A stretch of 63,952 nucleotides of DNA, the filler included, from Choristocarpus tenellus KU-1152 (taxonomy: Eukaryota > Protista > Phaeophyceae), in NCBI GenBank assembly GCA_964200185.2. It is 13 parts of 13 records of this genome, joined end to end, with 100 filler letters (N's around TTAATTAATTAA, not from the genome) between each part and the next. Parts side by side here need not be neighbours in the genome. Positions count along the whole stretch, not along the records: positions 50,135 to 52,726 come from CAXNAD020026469.1; positions 52,827 to 61,018 come from CAXNAD020005021.1; positions 61,119 to 63,952 come from CAXNAD020024337.1; 10 more parts are not named here. One strand, 5' to 3'. Shown piece after piece: positions 51,961-63,952 of this stretch; position 1 is the first letter of the stretch; each line of letters begins with the position of its first letter. The position numbers were made by a program, and so were the translations under genes. The notes beneath the pieces are model-generated. The model was not told where the DNA came from, did no database searches, and saw only the letters and a program-made list of their open reading frames with translations.

Positions 51961-53511
51961 CAGGTAGCCTATCGTGCAGTAAATGAATTGGATAATCAGT
52001 AAAAATATTATCGTCCCACACAGTGTTGACTTGGGATTTCGAATTTACTGCTATCATACTCCTTTGCATAGTCTTGTCGACTAACCTGGTGTTATCCTTA
52101 CGTTGTATGTGCTGATACAAGTATATAACATAGGTTTCATACACGTTTATATTTGGTTTGGTATAATACAAGTCACAATGTGCAAACTATGATAACCAAC
52201 GGTACGCTGAGTCAGTGTTTATCCATACCTCAGTGATATGGACATCTGGTGGGCAATTAATAATTCAGTGTATTTTTTACCATGTAACTCAACCATCAGC
52301 TTTGGGAATGAGCCTTACTCAAGCAAAGCTCTTCAACAAGCTCAAGCGCCTATGTTACAGGCGAATAGCGCGAGCATTTCTTTCTGCATGCCAAAACGCG
52401 TGAACATTATACATACGTAAGAATTCATATAAGAGGAACTTTGAATTAGTAGAAGATGCAGAGTAAGATTCGAAATGCGTACATAACCTTACAGAATAGA
52501 CGTCAATTCCTGAAAGTTGCAGATTAAAGATTTATGATTGGAGTATTTAGACAGCAGTTTGCAGGCGTCAATTAATTCTTTGGCTATAGAAAAACAGTGA
52601 ATGGCGTTAACAAAAGGCAGACTTGTTGACCACATGACTCAGTTCTTTGATCCTTACCCTCTTTTGACAAAGCGACGGTCAAAGTATCTTGGGGGGGGTG
52701 TCGGCGTCCGTTTTTCACCCTTTTTTNNNNNNNNNNNNNNNNNNNNNNNNNNNNNNNNNNNNNNNNNNNNTTAATTAATTAANNNNNNNNNNNNNNNNNN
52801 NNNNNNNNNNNNNNNNNNNNNNNNNNGTGAAAAACGGACGCCGGCACCCCCCCCCCCAGATACGTTGACAATGTTCTGTTTTGTATTGAATACTGTGCAT
52901 GGTCAAATTAATGCTGATAAAATAGCAATGGATATATGTATGTATATAATAACTCAAATAAATAAAAAATAATAATAAAAATATAGAGTTGTTCTGTTTT
53001 GTACTTAATACTGTGCATTGTCAAATTAATGCTGATAAAATAGCAATGAATATATATATAATAACTCAAATAAATAAAAATAAAAATGAAAACAATAATT
53101 GAAGGCAACTTTGCTTGTGATGAGAGGAGTGACAAAACCACAGTGTGTATGTCCAATGTGACAGCCTGTAAGTCCAATACGGTAGACCTGGGTCATTGTT
53201 TTACCCCCGGCCTTCCCAACACAAGACCATTTTCTGTACAAAAGACATCTTTTTCTTACTATACACGATAAAAGAAAAAATCCATGCAAAATAATTACTG
53301 TTCACCCTCAACACAAAAAAAAGGTGTAACATTGATGGAATTACACAAACCCCACTGTCAAATCGACACCATAAAGGTGGTCTGGAAATTTCAATACCTC
53401 ACCCTCACTCTCACCCTCACCCTGTTCCTAACTACCCCTGACCCTAACCCTAACCCTAAGTTCATTCATTCACTAAGAGCAAGACAAAAAATGCTGCATG
53501 TGTTGGTTCAC

Positions 53512-56500
53512 CTGGCTATGACCTTGTTGCATTCATCCAATTTTTCATCCACCCCTGCAACTTCTCGTTCAGCCTCCTCCAGGTATGACCACACCAATTT
53601 CTCCTGCCATTGTAAGCAAAACTAAAAATCAATAAAATAGTTAACAACAAAACCCCCCCAATAACATATTTAACAACATAAAAAATCAATAAAACAGTTA
53701 ACAACAACCCCCCCCCAATAAAACATTTAACAACAAATAAATCAATAACATATTTAACAACATAAAAATCAATAAAACAGTTAACAACAAAAATAAAAAT
53801 AAATAATTTAAAAACAAATAAAATAAATAAAACATTTAACAACAAAAACGAAAAGTGTTATGGTTTGAAGGGTTTATGGAGGGTGGAATGAATTAGTGCT
53901 GGTGTTTTTGATGGTGGTGCGTTTGTGAAAGAAGTGTCTACACTCTCTTGAGTACTGTGGACACTCTAATATCATGTTTACTCTTCCTCTTTATCTTACA
54001 ATGCTCCTCTACTATCATGGTATCATAATATAATAATATCATGACATCATAAAACAATAATGTAATATTATCAAAATATCATAGAACAATAATATAATAA
54101 TATCATGATATTGTAAAATAATAATATCAAAATATCATAAAACAATATAATAATATCATGATATCATAAAATAATAATATCACGTGTTGTCACGGGTGGG
54201 CAGTAAGGTAAGGGGGGCAGAGAGGAAATAAAAAAAAATGAATGGACATGAAATGTAATAGGGTTAGGGTTATGACCAAGGTATCCTGCTAGGTAAAAAG
54301 AAAATAAACGCTTCCAGGGAAATGCAGAAAAAAAAATGGTTTGGGTACAGTAGAGAAGTGGATGGATTAGAGTTAGGGTTAGGGTTATGACCAGGGTATT
54401 AATACCCTGATAGAAACAAAAGATATGCCATTTGAAGGGCTGGAGATCCCAATGCGGTGGGCTGTCAACACATTGAGATACCACTGCATAGACTGTCCTA
54501 TCGGTCTAGTTAGTTACTGACTCAATGGTACAGTAGCATCTTTCTAAGACAACATCAACAATATATTGACAACAATCAAAAAGATGAGGGCTACAACGTG
54601 AGCTGGACAGGCTTTTCTGCGGAAGTGATTTTGCAGGTGGGGGGTAAAGGTATTGAACTGGTTCAACAAGAAAAGGAAATATGGAGATGGCAGGTCAGGG
54701 TTAGGGTTAGGGTATACTCAGTGTTAGTGTTAGGGTTAGAAAGTGACGTAGCAATATAGTCATTGTATGAATGTGTTGTCAAGGGTGGCTTAGCACTTGA
54801 AGAAAGTGCAATCAAGTCAAAAGAATGCTGCGATCTAGATATTGTTAGTTAGGGTTAGGGTTAGATCTTGACAGTGACTAACTCAGAGCAACTTAGGTGT
54901 TGCACTTGGGTTTCCTAGAGAAGAGGAGAGGATGGTTCATAGCTGTTGCATGTATAGAGTAGCCAAAAGGATATTGTGAGGTATAAAGATGAGTATTTCA
55001 GGGTTCTTGTAGTGTGCGGGGTGGGAATACTGTTAATAAAACATAATGTGGGTAATGAGTTAGAGTTAGGGTTAGGGTAATAATGGTCAGAGGACTCTCA
55101 AAATATGAACACTAGATGAACAACAGTATAGCAGTGAAAGCGTTTTGAACTATGAGTGGTAAGAGAAAAAGGGTTAGGGTGAACAAAGACTAAAGACAAT
55201 AAAAAACATAAACACAACTGCAATTTCAAGGGATAGGGTTAGGGCTGTTCCTTCAAGTGCTTCCTTCAAGAGATTAGTTGTATACTCCACCTCCCCCTTT
55301 GACAGCCATTGTAATATCACCAATTACCATACATCACCCTAACATTATCACATTGTCACCACAACATCAACATAGTTTCATCATAATATCGTCCTAATAT
55401 TTCACAGCAAGTATCATTGCCATAAACTAACACAAAGCACAAGCAAAGGTTTGAATAGGGTGCTATGTTGTCACCCCCTTGTTGGTGTAATTTGAATAGG
55501 TCAATATACTCAACCAATTAACAATACTGCCATAGAACCACAAAAAAAGTCAATGACGACATATACTAATTACTCTATGTGCTTACGTGTGGACAAGTAT
55601 CATGTATGTGTAACTATGTTAAGTTACTCACTCCATCACTGACTGTTACCCATATAGGTCAAGTCATGAAAATAACGCCAGTATACCACTCCTATTTATT
55701 TATTTTTATTTAGAATTTTCCGGACATTCTCATGCTTAGCGATCCATTCAAAAAAGGTTCCATTCACAACTAAACCCTAACCCTAACCCTAACCCGAACC
55801 TACGGACTAGCAAATTTTGGACAGGAAATGGCCTCACTAATAATAAAAAAGAAACTCTGGGGCACACTCTCCTGCCCACTAATCCTAACCCTAACGACAG
55901 TGCAGTGGAACACCTCAAAAAAAAAATGGTTAGTGAGATGAAAATAATAATAATAACAATAATAATAATAATAATAATAATATCAATTCCTTGTGAGTAT
56001 TGTCCGGTAATATTTCAGATAATAATGCCTGTAACACACAACAAGATGACAACTGTTTTGGCCTGTAATGTTCATTACAACAACAGAGCTTCCTTAGGGT
56101 TAGGGTTAGGGTTAGCAAAGACATTACTTTTCCTGTCAATATTCAAACACATTAGCACATACACATACACACATACATACGATGTTAATTGTCCAGAAGA
56201 AATGATTGGTTAGGGTTGGGGTTAGGGTTAGGAATACTATTCTTCGAACCTCAAATTTAAATATAATTACTTGTACTACACTCCATCTTGTTAGTACTAA
56301 ACTTCCTATTCTTTCACACTTTGTTTTGATGTTTCACTTCAGAGGAAAAAACACGACTAGAAAATCACTACAAAGGTAGAAAGAGAAGAGATCATTCAAA
56401 AGAAAATATATGGGTCTAACCCTAACCCTAACCCTAACCCTAATTCTACTTGCTCTGAAACGTCTCTTGTCCTGGACACTACTACTACTACTACTACTAG

Positions 56501-59500
56501 ATACACTTCCTCCAAAATATCTCTCGTTTTAGTGATGTTTGTTTTAATCTCCTAAATATATTCTTGTTTTAGTGATGTTTGTTCTAATCTCCTAAATATT
56601 TGTTTTGTTATAGTCATGTTTGGTCTAATCTCCTAAATATTTGTTTTGTTATAGTCTTGTTTGTTCTAATCTCCTAAATATTTGTTTTGTTTCAGTCCCA
56701 TAATGTTTGTTCTAATCTCAATCAGGGTTGTGTACCCTCTAATGCCAATCATTGTTCGGCAAACCCTTGAGTCAATTCGCTCTACTATAATACTGATATA
56801 ATATCCATTGTTTGTCACATAATAGCATTCTGCCATTTGTGAAGCTAAGGTTAGGGTTATGAGGATTTTAATGTCTTCAAAGTGTGAAACAGCACTCAAC
56901 TTGATCCTAAATTGCAGAAGTCAAATACTTTGTTTGGGATGAGATATGTTTAGTCAATATACGGATAACATATCACAAGGGACTACACCATCAGTATCAC
57001 TTGTGTATTCCTCAATATTGTTAAACAAGTGCTTTATTCAGAGTGGTATTGATACAATCTAATAGAATTAAAATTAAGAGTATAATTGCATACATATTCA
57101 TAATTTGAAAGTAAGAAATTACTTGGAATATTCCCAGAGATTGCAGCCACCACTTCATCACAGTAGTCATTTTACCAAACATCTTGGAAGATGCATAATA
57201 TATCATGTACAATTATCACATATACCATGCATCATATATCATGTACAATTATCACATATACTATACATCATATATCACCACTGTGAAGCCAAGTCAAGTT
57301 CAGTGAGCGAATTCGGCGATACCTAGCTACATCACTTGACCTTGGTGAGAGCCATTTCATCCAAGAGGTTATCCAGCCTTTTGAAGTCCTCCACCTCCTG
57401 CTCGAGTTGCCTCACCAACGCTATGTACCTTGAGGTTAGGGTCAAGGGTTAGGGCTGAGGTGATGAGAGCTAGGATTTAGAGCAATGAGGGTTAGGGGTA
57501 AGAAAATGAGGTGCAACAGGAGCAGTAATAGAAATCCATTGATGATTAGGGTTAGGGTCAGAACAACAAGGTCATTGAAAATAAGGGTTAGGGTTAGGGT
57601 AAAAAAATAGTGGCATTGCTATGTCATGTTGAGCAAGATCGGGGCTAGACTAATCGTTGAGGTGGGGGCAAACATCAACCAATGCATGGTATAGGGTATA
57701 TTCTTCATAGGCCTAATTCTCTAACCATTGTTGTTGAATTACAACTACTTTTATTATTATTATTATTTATAATATTATTAGAAATAATTTCATCCTATCT
57801 CTATAGGACTCATTCTATGATAATATCTTCACCTTGGCAGCTGCCCCCGTGCCCTGTTATACCCATCTTCCATCTTCTGGATCTCAATCTTGGTCTCCTC
57901 CGTGTCCTTCATAACATTAAAAAAAACAAAAACAAAAATGATAAAGTTAGGGTTAGGGTTAGGTTTCACGGGAGGTAGGGGTTAATTGAATGTTAAATGA
58001 ATCTGTATACCATAGATAAACTTTGAGGCAAAGGAGTACTGCTGTAAATACATGGCACTAAAAACTAGTACAAATGTATGTACGTAGACCATGGCGCGAC
58101 AGTTACATATTCAGTTACATATTCATCATTGACTTGTCCCACAATAAGATGAAACACACATCAATAGAATACACTGTGTCAACAGTTACACAGTACAATA
58201 TACTGCATGAATAATCAGGCAATACATTTACTAGAACAATAAATAAAATACGCTACACTGCATTAACAATCATACCATAGAATACATAGAATTACGACAC
58301 AGAAAAAATAAAATAGAGCACCATAAAATACGATAAATACACTATATTTGAATACTTCTAATGGTATACTATAACAAAAAGTACTCCTTCAATAAATAAA
58401 TAAAATACGATAAATACACTATATTTGAATACTTCTAATGGTATACGATAAAAAAAGTACTCCTTCAATAAATAAATAAAATACGATAAATACACTATAT
58501 TTGAATACTTCTAATGGTATACTATAACAAAAAGTACTCCTTCAATAAATAAATAAAATACTACAAAGTGTATTCCAAAAAAAACGAACCAGTATGATAG
58601 AAAGCCATACATTACTATATGATGCAATGTAGTTGATCAACGAAATATGCAGCAAAAGACTTCACAGCAATGTGTGTAGTTGATGAAGTGCACCTTCACA
58701 TGAGTCTCTCTATATATATACTCCAGGTTAGGGTTAGGGTTAGAAGTTTTCAAGGTTAATGGGTCATTGAGAACACAAATTGAGGTACAGTCCTTTAGAA
58801 GTATGAATACACAAGAACAAGAACAAACGGCAAACTGTAATGCCAAAAATACTAACCACAGCCCTAACCCTAGTATTGAATAAAACGTAGAGGCACTATT
58901 ACAAAAAAAATACAGCTTACACGTAAAATATAATAATATAGAAAAAGACTGGAAAGAACCATTAAATATATCCGCTGCACAAAAATTGTTCTTGTAGTAC
59001 TCAGCACAAGATAGAAGATTTACAAGAAATATTATTATTAGAAAATAACGGAAACATCGGACACACAAGAATATAAACGAGTTGGAGACTATCTCCTGCA
59101 CCGTTGAATAAGCTTATTCAACTTGTCCACAGAACTATTATACATGCTAACAGATATAATACCATCTATATATAATACAATAGATATGTTGTCATTTGCA
59201 TAGTAAAAATATATATATGAAGAATAGTAGGGTGGATGTACTTTCTTTCTATTTCGGTATGACTATTATTATTATTATTATTATTCTTAACATCTTGCAC
59301 TTATGGTGACATATCTATTCAGTTCAAACAAAGCACAACAATAAAAATAACCAGTCTATTAGTAATATTATTGTCATTCTATAATATCCAACCAAGAAAA
59401 ATACCTTGAGGATGCTTCCAAGATCGGTGGCCTTCATGAAGAAGTTGTACTTCTGCTTCTCTGATCCCTGCAGAAACTTTTTCGCATTCTCTTGGTCCAG

Positions 59501-59521
59501 CACCGAGCAAGGGTTATCGAT
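53512..59521 (-). CDS. SMC6: Structural maintenance of chromosomes protein 6, four internal exons (59521-59405, 57906-57833, 57428-57341, 53603-53512)
   Basis: Spliced in phase (0,2,0): IDNPCSVLDQENAKKFLQGSEKQKYNFFMKATDLGSILK|DTEE...|YIALV...|EKLVWSYLEEAE. This has the SMC6 Q-loop signature DNP..VL.Q...KY.FFMKAT.L followed by coiled coil with the conserved Trp. It is not visible in the ORF track. Confidence 0.9.
56510..56720. repeat. Intronic minisatellite, ~40 bp x5
   Basis: Repeated tttgttctaatctcctaaatat. Other AT-rich tandem arrays lie at 52870-53090, 53620-53845, 54010-54180 and 57196-57275. Confidence 0.85.
58323..58562. repeat. Intronic minisatellite, 76-77 bp x3
   Basis: cgataaatacactatatttgaatacttctaatgg starts at 58331, 58408 and 58484. 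Confidence 0.9.
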
Positions 59522-61118
59522 CTAAGGCACAGCAATACAGAAAAAGAAAAAAGTAGGCAAGAATCGAAACAAAGCACACTGACGTGAGTCAATTCTTTAA
59601 CACGAATAGCGACAAGAATAATAATAATAATAATAATAACAATAATAATAATGATGTAATCGTGATGTGATTGAGCGTTAGAGATAGGGTTAAATAAAAT
59701 AAAATACTTTGTAATACACTTATCGGAATCGATCAAATAATAATAGCAATATTACATACAAAAATATAGGTATTAGGTTTAGGGTTAGGGGGATGATGGG
59801 TTCTGACTGAAGTCCTGCTATTGAGGTGACTCACAGGAAGCAGTGGGCATAAATAGGGATAGGGTCAGGGCTGCAGGGTAATTGGGATTAGGGTTAGGGT
59901 TAGGGTTAGGGTTGAGGGACGTAGTACAAGGGAGAACAGGCCGACATAGGAGGTGAATGGCACATGGAACCATCCGGGCGGTTGATGGAACAGAGAATTT
60001 GATGGAGGAGTGGCATGCCGGTCAAGATAGCAAGTGACATGCTACCTTACAAAAACTATGCTATAGCAGCACCAACGGCAGCCCAAGCAGATCAGGGGAT
60101 ATGCACATCATACTGTGCACATCATCATGACCACTGTCTACTGGAAGGGGGATCTTTTCTGTTGTTCAATGTCTAACTTCTTGTTGGGGGGGGGAATTGT
60201 TCTTATGTCCCTCTGGAATTGTAATATATGGGGTTCTGGTGTTTTGGATTGGATGGGACCTGACGTGACATTCCATCTATGAAAATACGACCTGGCAATC
60301 AATGTGTGACCACGCTAATGATGTCTTATTTCAAGAATTGGATGTCAGGGTTACAAACGTAGGGGATGAAACAACTATTAAGAATGACTTTTTTACAGCA
60401 GGGCACCAACTAATTTGGAATGTCAACATTTCACCAACTTTCAACATGGCACCATTTGGCAGAGTGATATGAGGTGATGGATTAGAGTGGACAGTACAGG
60501 TAATACATGATGCCATACCGTACTGATAACTAACCCTAGCCCTAATGTTTTAACCAATGCTACCAGTAACGGTGGACTGCGAGAATGGAGTATCAGAGTA
60601 GTATGAAAATAGTCTAACGGATTGTCATAGCAATGGTGGAACTGAGGTAGTCCTATTCCACTTGTCTATGTTGAGTATCTAAACCCTAACACTATTCCAC
60701 TAACCCTAACCCTACATACACAATGGAAAAACGAGAAGACAATGGAGTAGAAATGCTACTACTGTGTAGGTAATAGTATCTTTGTATTTTGGTATCTTGC
60801 AGACATTCCCACCAGGCCGAAAGAGCTCGCAAGAGAGTATGCATTGAGTCGAAGTATCTTGGAGGGTAGGGCTGCGTCCATTTGGGGACCAAAATCCAAT
60901 GTTTCGATTTTTGATGTAATCTTGACTACCGTCTTTGTTAGGAAGTGTCAATATCCTTGTTCCGGGCACACCTTTTCATAACGTATGCATTTTACCTGCT
61001 CCAAAACATTTCGGAGTANNNNNNNNNNNNNNNNNNNNNNNNNNNNNNNNNNNNNNNNNNNNTTAATTAATTAANNNNNNNNNNNNNNNNNNNNNNNNNN
61101 NNNNNNNNNNNNNNNNNN

Positions 61119-61173
61119 TCCATACATATTTTACCGGAACTGTCCGATAGAGTTGGAAGAGTCTAATCGAACA
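61119..61173 (-). mobile_element. End of a copia LTR inserted into family D copy 2
   Basis: Matches 20806-20859 and ends in AACA exactly where homology to family D copy 1 begins. Confidence 0.7.
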
Positions 61174-63463
61174 GCATCCGGGTTAGTGTACCAGAGCACA
61201 GTAAACATGTGAACCGCCCTAAAGTCGAATTTGTCCTAGAGGGTGCACGTTAGGTGTGCGGAGGATAAAGTCATGTTATGAGGATAGAAGAACGTGGGAA
61301 TGGAAGCGGGTCTGTTGGTTAATGGCGTGTGTCATATTGCCGATGGCAAAACACATGTATAAAACGTCGATTCAAGTTTAGTCTGCGAAGCCAGGGGTTA
61401 ATACGATGTTGTTGGACCGTTAGTGAAGGGATATTGGATGTCGAAAAGTCGAGATGACTGCACCGCGCTGATACTGGAGCCCTCGCGCTTCTTGTGTTCT
61501 CTCCACACACAGAGAGAAGGATCTCCAGTTCTTTCGTCTCTGATGGAACATAGTGAGGGGAAGAAAGGGAATGAGTTAGTTGGGATCACCAATGACAAAT
61601 TAATATGGACATGGGTGACAAGAAGTAGGCGATGCTTCATAATCATCTCATGAATCGTTTCCTGGGAAGGAGCCGTGAGAACCTCACCTTCTCCTGCACA
61701 TATATGCGCAAGGGTGGTAATCGAATTGAAGAACTGGGCGGAGCTTTGGTCGCGGAGTCTACTCTCATCCCGGTTCCCATAACTGTGTCCTCCCACGCTT
61801 CTGTGAGGAATGCATTCATTTTTGCTGCAACTCTCCTCTTTATTGTGGAGTGGAATGCGGGGTCGGCACTTCGGTAGTTTATGTCTCCCAAGCAATATTG
61901 GTTGCATCTCGTCAACAGTGTCCTCATGCGCGCGGAATGATCGGAGTCCTCACCTGTATCCTGGAGGTAAGGTTAGGACCTGTTACATCTGAAGTCACGC
62001 CTATACTCCATGATCGCCGCAACCCAACATACCATCCAATGGAATATGTCCAGGATGTTGGGTACGTGTGACCTGCTGGCCGCCACTCACTCTCCTCTAA
62101 TGATATAGGTTCTGCCTTCTTGCGAGTGCAGTGTGGATACATCTTCCACATGAACGTCCTATGTTCTCCTATCTGAAGGTTTGCTCCGATTTCGGAGGCC
62201 CATCACATTGTGACGTGGGCCGGGAGGTTGATGCTGTATGGGATATTTTCTCCTTTGCCACGCACTCAATGACCCTCAGGAGGATTATTCGATGTTGTCC
62301 ATTCAGGCAAAAGAAGACGTTGTCGTCGTTGTCGGGATCCCTGGCATTGCCATCCTCATCTACGTCCAGGTTGCCGTTGGCAATGTACTGCGCGAGCAGT
62401 TCGACGTCAGGCACATCAAAGGGTACCTTTGCCTTGGGCATGTTGGCCTTGAACTTATTGATGGTTTTCCATCTCGAGAACAAAGAGAAAGGCTATCCAC
62501 TCAGGAACCCTACGAGCTTATCGGCGGTGACCTCTGGGTCTGGCCCCATCTTTGAAGACATGGGCTCTACCCTATCCTTGTCAAGGAGATTGGGATTGTA
62601 TTACTGGGACAAAAAGCAGATGTGGCCAGGTCGATCGTACGCGTCGTGCTGAGATTTGACGTGATCAACTCTGTCGTCTTTTTGTCTTCGTATTTCTTTG
62701 GGCCTCCGGCCGCACGTGCTGCTGCTTCTCCCATGTGCTCCAACATCTCACCACCAGTAACTGAAAACCTCCCACACGCATTTTAAGGGAGGCTCTTACA
62801 AAGCCCTTGTATTTTTTTTGGGAGGATTGCCCCCCCTTCAATATATGTAGTATGTTTCGGTGGGCTTGGTTCCACAACAGGACTATTCGCATTAAGTCCT
62901 TACTTTTTACCAACTCTACCAGGTTTTGACCTACATATTTTGTCAATTCTGCCTGGGTGCTTGATGGAGTGCAAAGAGAAATAATGATAATCTCGAACAG
63001 GTCATCAATGCAGGACCTGCCAAGGGTGTGAAAGGCGTGACCAGAAGGTCCTGTCCAACCATCTGAGATGATAAACACATCCCGATTAGCAAGTACTACT
63101 AGTGACCTTGATATCTACAGATCTTTCTTGAGCTTCCTCACAATATGGAGAAGTCGACAGCCATCAAATGACATTCAAGGCACATTCCACATCTTCTAAC
63201 CTTTCACCTTCCTTACCATCATCCTCCACACGCGAAGGGTCGTATCCATCAGATGGATCGACGTCTATCTCAAACTGGTGCAAGAACTCATCCTCACCAT
63301 CTTCAGAGTACCTGGACACACTCATGCCATATTTTCCAGTCCTCAAAATGTTAGTGGTCTCTATATTCTCCAACCCATCCACAGTTGAAATCAAGATATA
63401 TCTGAATATTTGATCTAAGAGTTTAGATTTCGATTCAACTGCAATATAATCAAATCGGACCAA
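61174..63463 (-). pseudogene. ParB/Srx-like (NGQHR) gene, family D copy 2, decayed, with extra upstream coding region
   Basis: YNPNLLDKDRVEPM, NVFFCLNGQHRIILLRVIE, MYPHCTRKKAEPISLEES and TRCNQYCLGDINYRSA. Colinear with 28225-29700 including introns. Confidence 0.65.
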
Positions 63464-63952
63464 TTCAATCGCTGTGATTTACAACACCCGTAATCACATA
63501 AACAAGAGTCCGTATTCAGAACACAATGGTGTACTGTGTATATGCCATTACCACTACATCGAGACTGCGAGGGAAGGGGGGGAAATGAGAAGAAATGAGA
63601 AAGAGAGGTTGATTTTTTTTGTGGAGTCAAGGAGGGGAGGGTAGTGAAGTACTGGTACTAGGTCAGACTGAGCAACCCTGCATGCATGCTCTGCTTTGAT
63701 CTCCTGTACATGCTAGCGACTCCTGCCTGTAGATGAGGACAATATATTGAGTCCATGTAGCCAGGAGGGTGACCAACCCACCAGGCACTGTTCGCTCGCC
63801 GCCAGAGTGTACTGCATTACCACAAAGAAGATGATGACGTAGAATATTCTGTATTGAAATACAGTCGAGAGAGATTCGTTACCTACACAGGGGGGGGGGG
63901 GGGGGGGATCGTGGCGTACCACTAAGAAACAAAAAAAAACACCAAAAACCAA

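Larger units (their letters stand above)
53440..60715. repeat. Dispersed short telomere-like (TTAGGG)2-4 tracts
   Basis: More than 20 tracts, e.g. 54700, 54848, 55772, 56094, 56417, 57587, 57946, 58726, 59886. A few more lie at 38602, 39277, 40130 and 41152. Confidence 0.9.

Noticed and set aside
58323-58562. CRISPR-like array
   Set aside because: The units are head-to-tail with no unique spacers, inside a eukaryotic intron: a minisatellite.
53440-60715. True chromosome end
   Set aside because: The tracts are only 2-4 units, occur in both orientations and lie within introns.

Overview
Eukaryotic, intron-rich nuclear DNA, most likely from a brown alga (Phaeophyceae) or a close relative. This rests on a complete mannuronan C5-epimerase, a VDE with a bipartite plastid presequence, WSC domains and TTAGGG repeats. 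The window is not one locus: it is 13 contigs joined by twelve artificial 100-nt linkers (N44-TTAATTAATTAA-N44), and genes are cut at these joins. Host genes rebuilt by reading GT-AG splice phases are VDE (5' part), a divergent Sec61-alpha (2 exons), mannuronan C5-epimerase (7 exons, 481 aa, complete), an eIF2A/PYM-like C-terminus, a reprolysin-type metalloprotease with two WSC domains (3' part), a G/T/V/S-rich 50-aa repeat protein and SMC6 (4 exons in introns studded with telomere-like repeats). Most of the remainder is mobile DNA: a Ty1/copia element with an LTR, a Ty3/gypsy integrase remnant, CRE-like and RTE-like LINE remnants, and several nested MITE families sharing a CAAAGTATCT terminal motif. 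The most unusual item is a multi-copy, intron-containing, decaying gene with a ParB/Srx-like NGQHR motif (about 25.8-29.8 kb and 61.2-63.5 kb). It may be cargo of an undescribed DNA-level mobile element.
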